Assembly: GCA_947595555.1 (NCBI GenBank)
Contig: CANQES010000001.1
Coordinates: 208 to 64,207, forward strand
DNA from: an uncultured Clostridia bacterium
Lineage (GTDB): Bacteria; Bacillota; Clostridia; TANB77; CAG-508
DNA length: 64,000 nucleotides
Direction of reading: 5' to 3'
The position numbers were made by a program, and so were the translations under genes. Within the stretch, counting starts at the first letter, position 1. Each line of letters begins with the position of its first letter. The notes below the pieces were generated by a model. The model was not told where the DNA came from. It saw only the letters and a program-made list of their open reading frames with translations, and did not search any database. This document shows positions 11,066 through 19,843 of this stretch, piece by piece.

Positions 11066-11764
11066 TTAAACTGCCTCTTGATTTTCTTCCTCTTCCTCTT
11101 TTTCAGTTGTCTTTTCTTCTATAACTTCTAAACTTCCTATTGAAACTTCATATGCCACTCTTGTTTGTGAAGTTCCATCTTCGAATTTTTTCTCATAAGT
11201 TCTTGATTGAACTCTTCCTACTACTTTAACTTGTGAACCAACTTCTAAGTTTTGACAAAATCTTGCATTTCTTCCCCAAGCAATACATGGTATATAATCT
11301 GATTTGTTATAAGCTCTATTAACAGCAAGTAAGATGTCTGATATTTCTCTTCCAAATGGTGTTTGACGATAAATAGGCTTTTTACATAAGTAACCAATTA
11401 ATACTACTTCATTAGTAATAGTATCTTTTCTTACCATTTCATTTTCTTCTTCTTCTTTTTCTTCTACTTCCATAATATCTTTAGCAAACACTGTTAATAT
11501 AAGTCTATTTTTTTCGTTTTCATAACTATTATAAGATCTAAATTGACCTTTTACTAATAATTTTTTGCCTGTTTGCAAAGTATCTTCTTTTATTAGTCTT
11601 TCTGATATGGTTATTGGAATTATATCTTCATTTCCACTTAAACGTGGTATTGCTAAATTAAAAATATAAAATCTTTCTCCATATATTTCATGACTAAATT
11701 CTTTTTCTCCTGTAACTTTTCCAACTAATGTTAAATAGTTGTTTTCTAAGTAATTTGTATCCAA
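11066..11764 (-). CDS. SSB-like protein with two OB-fold segments and an acidic C-terminal tail
   Basis: ISDILLAVNRAY...DYIPCIAWGRNARFCQNLEVGSQVKVVGRVQSRTYE resembles the SSB OB-fold core. The C-terminus TEKEEEEENQEAV is acidic. Confidence 0.45.
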   Translation of the reverse strand: MDTNYLENNYLTLVGKVTGEKEFSHEIYGERFYIFNLAIPRLSGNEDIIPITISERLIKEDTLQTGKKLLVKGQFRSYNSYENEKNRLILTVFAKDIMEVEEKEEEENEMVRKDTITNEVVLIGYLCKKPIYRQTPFGREISDILLAVNRAYNKSDYIPCIAWGRNARFCQNLEVGSQVKVVGRVQSRTYEKKFEDGTSQTRVAYEVSIGSLEVIEEKTTEKEEEEENQEAV

Positions 11765-11901
11765 TTTCTCTTCCTCCCTATTTTTTTATATTTTTCATCG
11801 GTTTATAACTGCCTTCTGTAATTTACAGTTATTATTATACACCATTTTTTTGGATTTGTCTACATAAAAAGTTAAATTTATTCAAAAAAGTTAGATTTTT
11901 C

Positions 11902-12411
11902 CTATACTTTCTCTATTATGCTTTTATTATATATCTTAAAAAACGTATAAATAATCATTATTTCATAAATATTTAGTATTGTTTGCTCTCCTTTTTTTAT
12001 TCTTCTTTCTTCTATATCTGTTTCATGTCCTTCTTTGTCTTGTATGCTTTTTTGCCAATAAATTAAAATATCTGTATCACATATACTTGAAACTGTAACT
12101 ATTGCTTTATGATTTAATCCATATGAAATAATATTTTGGACTCCTTTTATAATATCTTCCTTGTTTTTGTCTGTATTAATTAACACATATTGTGCATTTT
12201 CAAAAATTTTATTAAGGCTTTCTTGATTTTGCTTAAATTTATCAATTTTACCTTCTATTATAATAGTTTCAAATTTTATATTTTTTACATTTTCTATACT
12301 TCTAAGATTAATGTGTATAAAACTAATTGTTTCATCTTGCAATTTTTCCATAATTTTTTTTCGAATTGTTTCAAAACTTTTTTTACTTGCAACAATACCA
12401 ACAAATGACAT
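11902..12411 (-). CDS. Hypothetical protein
   Basis: 169-aa ORF with no recognisable motif. Confidence 0.3.
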   Translation of the reverse strand: MSFVGIVASKKSFETIRKKIMEKLQDETISFIHINLRSIENVKNIKFETIIIEGKIDKFKQNQESLNKIFENAQYVLINTDKNKEDIIKGVQNIISYGLNHKAIVTVSSICDTDILIYWQKSIQDKEGHETDIEERRIKKGEQTILNIYEIMIIYTFFKIYNKSIIEKV

Positions 12412-12468
12412 TTCCTATCCCCTTATTTTTTTCTACTTGTATTATTTCCTTTTTTGGTAATTTTATAC

Positions 12469-13242
12469 TTATTTTCTGCATTGCATACCATTGTTATCAA
12501 TTGTATAGTTATCTAAGTAAATAAGCTCTGATACTGGAACAACTTCTAATCCTTTATTTTTTATATTTTTTAGAATACTATCTAAACTGTCTGCTGTATG
12601 TTCAGTTCCATTATGGCTTAATATAATATCTCCTGGTTTAATTTTTCCTTCCAATCGTGCCCACATTTGCTCATTTGTTAGTCCTGTGTAATCTAAAGTA
12701 TCTAAGCTCCATTGTATAGTGTAATATCCCTTGTCTTGTGCTGCTTGTATGACAGTATTATTATATTCTCCATAAGGTGCTCGATAAATTTTGGTTCTTT
12801 TTCCTGTTATGCTTTCAATTTTATCATTGCATTTTTCGATTTCTTCTATATTTTCTTCATAGCTTAGATTATTTACATGTGGATGTGTATTGCTATGACT
12901 TGCTATTTCATGACCTGCTTCGTGGATTTTTTTAGCTGCTTCTGGAAATTTTTCAATCCAATCTCCTACCATAAAGAAAGTTATTTTTACTTCATTTTTT
13001 TCTAATGTTTTTAAAATGTTATCAATATCATCTGCATTCCAAGCACAATTCATAGTAAAAGCTACTTTTTTCTCGCTGGTTTGTACACTATATATTGGCA
13101 ATAACTTTTGATTTGTACTTGATGTTGGTACTGTATTTCCTCCACTATTACTCAAATTACTTGCTATACAGATTAATAATACTACCGTTACTATTGATAC
13201 TAAATAAGTATATATTTTTTGTTTGTTTAATACGAAAAACAT
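12469..13242 (-). CDS. Polysaccharide deacetylase (NodB domain), secreted or membrane-anchored
   Basis: NodB motifs FTMNCAWN...FFMVGDW...HEIASHSNTHPH; N-terminal TM/signal segment. Confidence 0.8.
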   Translation of the reverse strand: MFFVLNKQKIYTYLVSIVTVVLLICIASNLSNSGGNTVPTSSTNQKLLPIYSVQTSEKKVAFTMNCAWNADDIDNILKTLEKNEVKITFFMVGDWIEKFPEAAKKIHEAGHEIASHSNTHPHVNNLSYEENIEEIEKCNDKIESITGKRTKIYRAPYGEYNNTVIQAAQDKGYYTIQWSLDTLDYTGLTNEQMWARLEGKIKPGDIILSHNGTEHTADSLDSILKNIKNKGLEVVPVSELIYLDNYTIDNNGMQCRK

Positions 13243-13406
13243 AAAAATCCCTCCAAGTTAAAGCTATTTTAATTGTATGCTTTTCCTTGGAGGAAAATTC
13301 TAAATGATATATTATTTTTCTTTTAATTTTTTTTATAATTTTAGTTATGCTTACATTTTCTTTATAATAAATCTAATATTAATTTTAATACTTACAAATT
13401 TCTTCA

Positions 13407-13432
13407 ACTTTCTACATTTTTTTCATATTATA
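13407..13432 (+). promoter_or_regulatory. Candidate mother-cell sigma (SigK/SigE-type) promoter upstream of the phage-split small gene: AC, about 15 nt, then CATATTATA
   Basis: CATATTATA at 13424-13432 fits CATAnnnTA. AC at 13407-13408. The spacer is 15 nt, slightly short. It lies 45 nt upstream of the ATG at 13478. Confidence 0.2.
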
Positions 13433-13477
13433 TATAAAGTAACATTTTAGTTACTAAAAAGAAAGGAATGATAAAAT

Positions 13478-13614
13478 ATGGAAATGGATGAAAAAAAATG
13501 TCCAGTTCTCGACGTTGATGGCGTTATTTCAGGAGGAAAACAATTTGATTTAGATATAACTTTGCCAGATGTTAATAAAAAAAAGTACCAAAAAGGTAAA
13601 TTAGAATTAACCTA
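13478..13614 (+). CDS. 5' fragment of a host gene split by prophage insertion. Beyond codon about 17 the reading frame is phage-derived
   Basis: RBS AAAGGAA then ATG. MEMDEKKCPVLDVDGVI joins in-frame, via the shared core, to YGVVKNCFKD... at 52774. Confidence 0.4.
13511..13540. other. attL of the prophage (core CGTTATTT at 13522-13529)
   Basis: An 8-nt stretch identical to 52767-52774. Joining the flanking host halves restores a continuous ORF. Confidence 0.5.
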
Positions 13615-13625
13615 ATCTACCTTTT
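13591..13625. terminator. Weak hairpin (AAAAGGTA ... TACCTTTT) at the prophage left end
   Basis: 8-bp inverted repeat with a long, roughly 19-nt loop and T-rich flanks. Confidence 0.25.
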
Positions 13626-13632
13626 TACTTTT

Positions 13633-14301
13633 TTATTTGTAATTTTGATTAATCATATAACCTTCTTTTCCATTTACTCTAATGCGTACTTTATCCCAAG
13701 TATAACCGTCTGCTTTTGCAACTCCTGCCTCTAATACATATAAAGTAGTATTAGGTATATACAAAACTGCTGTACTTCCTTTGGTAGTTGGTTTATTTCT
13801 TAAATTTGTATTTCTTGCTAATGTTTTTAATACTGGTGTACTAGTAGCTGGTTTACTAGGCTCTTTTACTTGATAATTGCTACTATTATATGTTCCTACT
13901 TTATTTGGTATCCCCATGTAATCTGCTGGATTACTATTATCTGCATATTTATTGCTTGTATTTCTTATTTCAAAATGTAAATGCTTTCCTGTACTATTTC
14001 CTGTACTTCCCATAATTCCTATTTTAGATACTCTGCTTACTTTTTGATTTACAGAAACGTTTATTTTTGACAAATGACAATACCAATGATATTTCCCATC
14101 AGCATCATTTTTTACTACTATAAAGTTACCATAGCTTTTATCATAGCCTGTCCTTGTTACTACTCCATCACAAGTTGCATATATTGTGTCATTGTCACAT
14201 ACAAGATCTATTCCTGTATGCCAACCACAAGCCCAACTCCCTTTTCTTTTGTATTCACATGTTACTTTAAATTCTCCTGTTAATGGTATATTTGTAGCCA
14301 T
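13633..14301 (-). CDS. Phage endolysin, M23 (LytM-type) peptidase with a C-terminal SH3-like targeting domain
   Basis: HxxxD ... GSTGNSTGKHLHFEI M23 motifs; adjacent to the holin. Confidence 0.75.
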   Translation of the reverse strand: MATNIPLTGEFKVTCEYKRKGSWACGWHTGIDLVCDNDTIYATCDGVVTRTGYDKSYGNFIVVKNDADGKYHWYCHLSKINVSVNQKVSRVSKIGIMGSTGNSTGKHLHFEIRNTSNKYADNSNPADYMGIPNKVGTYNSSNYQVKEPSKPATSTPVLKTLARNTNLRNKPTTKGSTAVLYIPNTTLYVLEAGVAKADGYTWDKVRIRVNGKEGYMINQNYK

Positions 14302-14304
14302 ATT

Positions 14305-14661
14305 CTATTCCTCCTTCTTATCATTATTTAATTTTTCTTTTAGTTTTTGTGGCATTTCTACACCCAATTTATCGCAATTTTCTGCTAAACTTGATATTTC
14401 CATCAAGCAAATATATCCTACTGCAAAATATAGTATTAGTTCTGTTCCTAGAGCAAATTTTGCCAATATTCCTATTAAAACATATACTAATTCTCCAAAT
14501 TTTTTAGATAATCCTTCCCTCATTTTTGCACTTTTAAAATCATTATTTTTCCATGCAATTATTACTCCTGTTGCTACATCTAAAACTATTAAAAATATTG
14601 GTGCTAGTATTGCCCACCATATATTTGTAAATTGTATGCTTTGCATTAATTCTTTCATCAT
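14305..14661 (-). CDS. Phage holin (3 TM)
   Basis: 118 aa with three hydrophobic helices and a charged C-terminus; immediately upstream of the endolysin. Confidence 0.65.
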   Translation of the reverse strand: MMKELMQSIQFTNIWWAILAPIFLIVLDVATGVIIAWKNNDFKSAKMREGLSKKFGELVYVLIGILAKFALGTELILYFAVGYICLMEISSLAENCDKLGVEMPQKLKEKLNNDKKEE

Positions 14662-14738
14662 TGTTCTTCACCTCTAATTTCTATATTTTATTTATTAATA
14701 TTCGTTTCTAAATCCTCACTTTAAATTTGTTGTTTCAC

Positions 14739-17700
14739 TCATTTACTCGCCTCCTCCATATAAAATTTATGTATTACTCCCTGCGTATCAACCTTAGGTG
14801 GTTCTTCTGGTTCAGGTATTGGATTATTAGGTAATTCTATATCTCCATAATCTAATATTTCTTCTTTTTCTTCTATTGCTATTTCTGGTAACTTATTGTT
14901 TTTATCACTATTAGGCATAGTTATATTATTAAATTCCAATAATTTATTTATTATCTCCTGTTGTTTTTTTATCTGTAATTTTAAATCTTGTATTTCTTCT
15001 TGTTGTTCTTGTATTGCCTTGCTTAAATATGGTATTATTTTCGTTTCATTTACCTGTAAAGTTTTTTCTCCATTAGTTTGCTCGATTTCATACGTAAAAT
15101 CTTCTTTTATGTTTTTAAGTTCTTGAGCTATATATCCTATTTCTTGATGCTTTCCTGTTTTTTTCCAATCAAATTGTCTGTGTTTAATTTGCTTTATTAT
15201 ATCCATTGCCTTAATATCAGTATTTTTTATATTACTTTTTAATCTTCCGTCTGATGCAAAAATTGTAGCCCCATAAGATGTTCCATCTCTATTGGTAAAT
15301 TGTATATACTGTTCATCAGGTACTAATGTTAATGATTTTACATTAGTTGATGTTGGTACATTACTAACATTTAAAATGCCATAATTTTTCATGTCTAAGT
15401 TAGTAAATAAATTTGTAGAACCAACTGTTGTAAATTCCATCAATATCTTATTTGTATCTTTTCTGAATATACTTGCAAATTCTGGATTGCTTCCACTTCC
15501 ACCTATGGCAATTCTTCCAGTTTTATTTAATATTATTCCCCAACCATTTGTTAAAAGATTGGTTCCTAAAAATAATCCTCCTGCTCCAAAGCCTTCTGTT
15601 CCTGACTTTGCATATGTTAGTTTTAGTATATATGAAGTATCGGATTCATCATCTTTACTTGCCCATCCTACATAATTACCGTCTGTATTTAAGTCAAATA
15701 CTAACCCTTTTTGATTATTGTTTTCTTTCATTTGACCGATGCCTATCGTTCCTATATGTTTCCCATTCTTATAAAAGCTTTCACCATATCTATCTAATAA
15801 CATTAATATATTTTTATCGCCATCTTTTATTTGAAGTTGTGCATTTATAAACTGTATATACTCTGATATTTGATTCCATGCTATTTGTACACTTTGCCAG
15901 TCTTGTTGTAATTTTGTCGCAAATTCATCATTTCCAACCTTTTTACTTACTTCTGCACTTATTTCATTTGCTTTCTGTGTTATAGCAGAGTTCATTTGTT
16001 TAGTTGTGCTATAATCTTTTAGTTTATTATTAATTGATGTATTTGCTGAATCTATTGCTTCTTCTTTTGCTGTGCTTATATTTTCATTTACTTCGGTCGT
16101 AATACTATTTGCTGTTTGCTCTATCTTACTATTCATATCAACGGTCTTAGTATAGTCCTTTAATTTGTTATCTGTAGAATTATTTGCACTATCTATTGCA
16201 TCTTGTTTGGCTTCTGTTATTGTTTGATTTACATTAGTCGTTATATTTTCTGCCGTTTGCTCTATTTTGCTGTTCATATCAACCGTTTTAGCATAGTTCT
16301 TTAACTTGTTGTCTGTAGAATTATTCGCACTATTTATTGCTTCTTGTTTTGCATTATTAGTTTCATCTTTAGTAGAATATTTTTTACTTACTTCACTTGT
16401 TATATTTTCTGCTGTTTGTTCTATTTTGCTATTCATCTGTTCTGTAGTTGAGTAATTTTTTAATTTATTATCTGTCGAAGCATTAGCACTATTAATAGCA
16501 TCTTGTTTTGCTGTAGCAATATTTTTAGATACTTCACTTGTTATACTATCTGCTTTTTCTGTTATTCTTGAATCTGTTTGTTCTATTGTATAATAATTAT
16601 CAGATAATTCTTTTTTTGTTTCAGATACTGATTGTGTAATATTACCTAAATTTATTGTAATTTCTGCAATACTACTATCATATTCGCTTATTTTATTAGC
16701 TAATCCCTCAATTCTGCTTACTGACATAGTTCCTGTTGTGATGAATTTTGCATTTATTTGTCCATCCATTGTCATAGCAATTTCAAATGGTCCTTCATAT
16801 CCGTTAGGACTAAATCCTATTCCACCTAAGCCAAATCTCCATACATTTTTTGCCTGTTCTTTTGGTATTTGATCTAAAATTAAAATTTCATTTTCATCTA
16901 TATAAACATAACCATTTTTATTTAAGGAATTTATTAAATCAGTTTGTTTTTGTATTACAGACATTTGATTAGATAATGTTTCATTTAATGTGGTTATACT
17001 TTTCTTTATATTATCAAATTTTGTTTTTACATCTCTTGTATAATTACCAAAAGTTATAGATTTGACTTTTTTAGATATCTCATCATATTCGTATTCCAAT
17101 ACTTCCGTTTTAATATTAACTAATGGATGTAAAACTTGGATTATATCCCCAATTTCTACATCATTATTTATATTAGAAGTAGTAGAATAACTAACTTTTG
17201 GATATTTATTATCTTCCATATATTGCTGTGCTTTATTTCTAAGTTCGTTTATTAAATTTTTTTCTGTTTGTTCTTCCTGTTCTAAATCTGTTTGAAAATC
17301 AACTGTTCTAGTATATGGAACTTCATATTTTATATCGCTTTCAATAAATTTTTCTGGAAGCATCAAGCCATTATATCCAATTGGATATAACTTTGTAACT
17401 ACATTAGTCCAATCTTCAAAAATTTTCATAGATTGCATATTTTTGGCATAAATTATTGATTCTCCATTGTCATGTCCTACCTTTTGTAAAAAACTAATAT
17501 TCCAATTATCTGCATCAAAAACTCCATTCCATCGTTCTTCTATAGTAGCCCATGCTTCTAATAAATTTTTTCTAATAAAATATGCTGTATCTACATTTTC
17601 AACATTTGAAAACATTTTAAAAGGACTGATTTCATCAGTCCTTTGATTTATATAATTTAGTGTATTTATACCATTCAAGTTTGTTGGTCTTACATCAACA

Positions 17701-18029
17701 AGAAAATAATTTTTAGCATCAAACATTACATGATTTGCTGTAAAAGTTATTTTTCTGTTAGTATATGTTAAATTATCTGTTATTCTAAAAGCTTGTGGAT
17801 TTAACTTTGATTTTGTTTTAATTACACAAAGTTTATCTTCTTCTATATAATTTTTATATTTTATTGGTACTTCTACTTCTATATACCATCCATTTAGTGA
17901 TTTTTTTTTAAATTCTCTGCACTTTATAGGTTCTACAATTATATTTCCAGCTGTTGAAAACTCTCTATCATTTGCATCAAATATTTTAATCATAGCCACC
18001 TGTCCTTTCTTTTTACCTTTACTATACAA
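14739..18029 (-). CDS. Phage tail fibre / tail-associated lysin-like protein, with an internal tandem-repeat region and a C-terminal S74-like intramolecular chaperone segment
   Basis: N-terminal MIKIFDANDREFSTAGNIIVEPIKCREF is typical of phage minor structural/tail proteins. Four to five roughly 41-aa repeats (DAINSAN.STDNKLK.Y..T..MNSKIEQTA.NIT.EV). C-terminal DGRLKSNIKNTDIK. Confidence 0.7.
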   Translation of the reverse strand: MYSKGKKKGQVAMIKIFDANDREFSTAGNIIVEPIKCREFKKKSLNGWYIEVEVPIKYKNYIEEDKLCVIKTKSKLNPQAFRITDNLTYTNRKITFTANHVMFDAKNYFLVDVRPTNLNGINTLNYINQRTDEISPFKMFSNVENVDTAYFIRKNLLEAWATIEERWNGVFDADNWNISFLQKVGHDNGESIIYAKNMQSMKIFEDWTNVVTKLYPIGYNGLMLPEKFIESDIKYEVPYTRTVDFQTDLEQEEQTEKNLINELRNKAQQYMEDNKYPKVSYSTTSNINNDVEIGDIIQVLHPLVNIKTEVLEYEYDEISKKVKSITFGNYTRDVKTKFDNIKKSITTLNETLSNQMSVIQKQTDLINSLNKNGYVYIDENEILILDQIPKEQAKNVWRFGLGGIGFSPNGYEGPFEIAMTMDGQINAKFITTGTMSVSRIEGLANKISEYDSSIAEITINLGNITQSVSETKKELSDNYYTIEQTDSRITEKADSITSEVSKNIATAKQDAINSANASTDNKLKNYSTTEQMNSKIEQTAENITSEVSKKYSTKDETNNAKQEAINSANNSTDNKLKNYAKTVDMNSKIEQTAENITTNVNQTITEAKQDAIDSANNSTDNKLKDYTKTVDMNSKIEQTANSITTEVNENISTAKEEAIDSANTSINNKLKDYSTTKQMNSAITQKANEISAEVSKKVGNDEFATKLQQDWQSVQIAWNQISEYIQFINAQLQIKDGDKNILMLLDRYGESFYKNGKHIGTIGIGQMKENNNQKGLVFDLNTDGNYVGWASKDDESDTSYILKLTYAKSGTEGFGAGGLFLGTNLLTNGWGIILNKTGRIAIGGSGSNPEFASIFRKDTNKILMEFTTVGSTNLFTNLDMKNYGILNVSNVPTSTNVKSLTLVPDEQYIQFTNRDGTSYGATIFASDGRLKSNIKNTDIKAMDIIKQIKHRQFDWKKTGKHQEIGYIAQELKNIKEDFTYEIEQTNGEKTLQVNETKIIPYLSKAIQEQQEEIQDLKLQIKKQQEIINKLLEFNNITMPNSDKNNKLPEIAIEEKEEILDYGDIELPNNPIPEPEEPPKVDTQGVIHKFYMEEASK
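15960..16570 (-). repeat. In-frame tandem repeat array of about 123-126 nt period (4-5 copies) inside the tail fibre gene
   Basis: Repeated DNA blocks (ttatttgctgaatctattgcttcttcttttgctg...) encode the repeated 41-aa units. Confidence 0.7.
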
Positions 18030-19843
18030 TCTCCTTCGTGCATAATTATATTGTTATTTTTTAGTTTTAAAATTGGGAAATCATATCCTATTTCTATTTG
18101 CCTATTACGATTTAGTTTTTTATATTCTACTGTTTTTTCTTTACAATCAATCTCTACATATTCATCTTCTTTAAAATCATACTTAAATCTAACATCGTTT
18201 ATTGTTATTTCAACCTGTTCAAATATTGTTTTTTCTAAACGAATAATTGGTCTGCTTTCGATATTTCCTTCATTAAATATTTTTTCATCCGTATCAGCAA
18301 TATATATTCCTTCAAATTCACAACTTATCTCATCTGTACAGAATATATGTGTTGTTCCTTTATATGTATGTGCTGTATTTTTTATATTGTCCCATACTTC
18401 TTGTTGCTCTGGAGAATATGGTTCGATTATTTCATTTTGTAAATTATATTCAACTTCTACATTGTTGTTTTTAAAATATTCTTGAACTCCTGCTTTATCT
18501 AATGAACTAAGTTCACTTTTTGGAATCAAAAACGATATTCTTCTATCTTCACTATATGAAAAAACTCCATAAAAACTATCAAACCTATTTCCCCATGTGG
18601 TTGGCTTAAATTTATTCGACAAAACATTGTTTGTTTCGTCATTCTCTCCTATTTTTTTATTTGCTACAATAATAAATGGTCTTGCCCATGTACTATTTGC
18701 TTGATAATATGTCCAATTGCTTTCAGTTCCATCGAAAGTTCTTTTTTCTTTTATTTGATGTACTCCATCATCTGCTAAATAATCTCCTTTATGAAATACT
18801 TGTCCTTGTTTGGCTGGAAATGTAAAACATTGCTCTTGATAAGTTTCGAGCATTGTTTTAATTTCATCAAATGTTGCTCTTCCTTCAAATAATGCAACTC
18901 TTATTTTTAGATTGTTAAGTTCTGTTTCTTTTAATAGATTAAAACCTAAATATCCTAAAAAATCACCCGAATTATTTGTAAGTGTAACAGCTCTATTATC
19001 AAGACACGATGTAAAGCTACTTCCATCTTCTTTTGTAATATATAGATTCCCTGTGGTACCACTCCCTGAAATAATTTCATTATATAACGTATATACATGT
19101 CCTGTTTTAAATGGAATTTTTGGAGACTTAGCAGCAAAATCGGTTCTCCCTCCTGAAGTATTTGCTGTACCATTTAGTGTCCATATATTTCCATCTACAT
19201 TAACTTCTACATTTCTTACATTTGCAGAAAACTTGCTGTTAATATAAATGTTTTTCAAATTGTTATTACTTATCTTAAAATTAATATTCCCACAATTCTT
19301 TATTGGACTAGGATTTTCTGGACTAGGTTTTGTATCATCTGTCTCTTGCCATGTATTACCCTTAATAGTCAATTTTTTAAATCTTGCCCCTGTTCCATCT
19401 TCTATTGTTATATTTTCTCCAGTTATTTCCTTATCTTTTCTATCTTTAACTAAAATAAACTCATCATCAGCCTTATTCCAAAATGGATCTCTAATAAATG
19501 TAGTATCTATTACTCTTATACAGGCACTTCTTTCCGGTTCCAATTGACTGTAAAACCTAGCTATAGTTTTTCTTCCTTTATATTCAAACTCCCCTTCTCC
19601 ATTTAGCCATGCAAGTATATCATCAATTTTATTAATATTTAAACATTGAACATATATAGGTCTCTCTATACATGAATAACCTAAAGTATTAAATTCTGCT
19701 CCATCTCGTCCTTCTATTTCTACTGCCTCATATCTTTGTGATGCTTTTGCTATAAAATGTTCTTCTTCTTCAACTACTACTTGCATATCTTTGCTAGATA
19801 TTCCTTTAAATTTAAACATATTACACCACCTTGTATAATTCAT
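17990..19843 (-). CDS. Phage distal tail protein (Dit-like), long form
   Basis: Lies between the tape measure and tail fibre genes. 617 aa, overlapping its neighbours by a few codons. Confidence 0.55.
   Translation of the reverse strand: MNYTRWCNMFKFKGISSKDMQVVVEEEEHFIAKASQRYEAVEIEGRDGAEFNTLGYSCIERPIYVQCLNINKIDDILAWLNGEGEFEYKGRKTIARFYSQLEPERSACIRVIDTTFIRDPFWNKADDEFILVKDRKDKEITGENITIEDGTGARFKKLTIKGNTWQETDDTKPSPENPSPIKNCGNINFKISNNNLKNIYINSKFSANVRNVEVNVDGNIWTLNGTANTSGGRTDFAAKSPKIPFKTGHVYTLYNEIISGSGTTGNLYITKEDGSSFTSCLDNRAVTLTNNSGDFLGYLGFNLLKETELNNLKIRVALFEGRATFDEIKTMLETYQEQCFTFPAKQGQVFHKGDYLADDGVHQIKEKRTFDGTESNWTYYQANSTWARPFIIVANKKIGENDETNNVLSNKFKPTTWGNRFDSFYGVFSYSEDRRISFLIPKSELSSLDKAGVQEYFKNNNVEVEYNLQNEIIEPYSPEQQEVWDNIKNTAHTYKGTTHIFCTDEISCEFEGIYIADTDEKIFNEGNIESRPIIRLEKTIFEQVEITINDVRFKYDFKEDEYVEIDCKEKTVEYKKLNRNRQIEIGYDFPILKLKNNNIIMHEGDCIVKVKRKDRWL

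Noticed and set aside
15960-16570. Repeat array considered as a possible CRISPR-like or noncoding tandem repeat
   Set aside because: The repeats are in-frame within the 1096-aa tail fibre ORF and encode repeated peptide units. There are no spacer-like unique segments. No CRISPR array was seen anywhere in the window.
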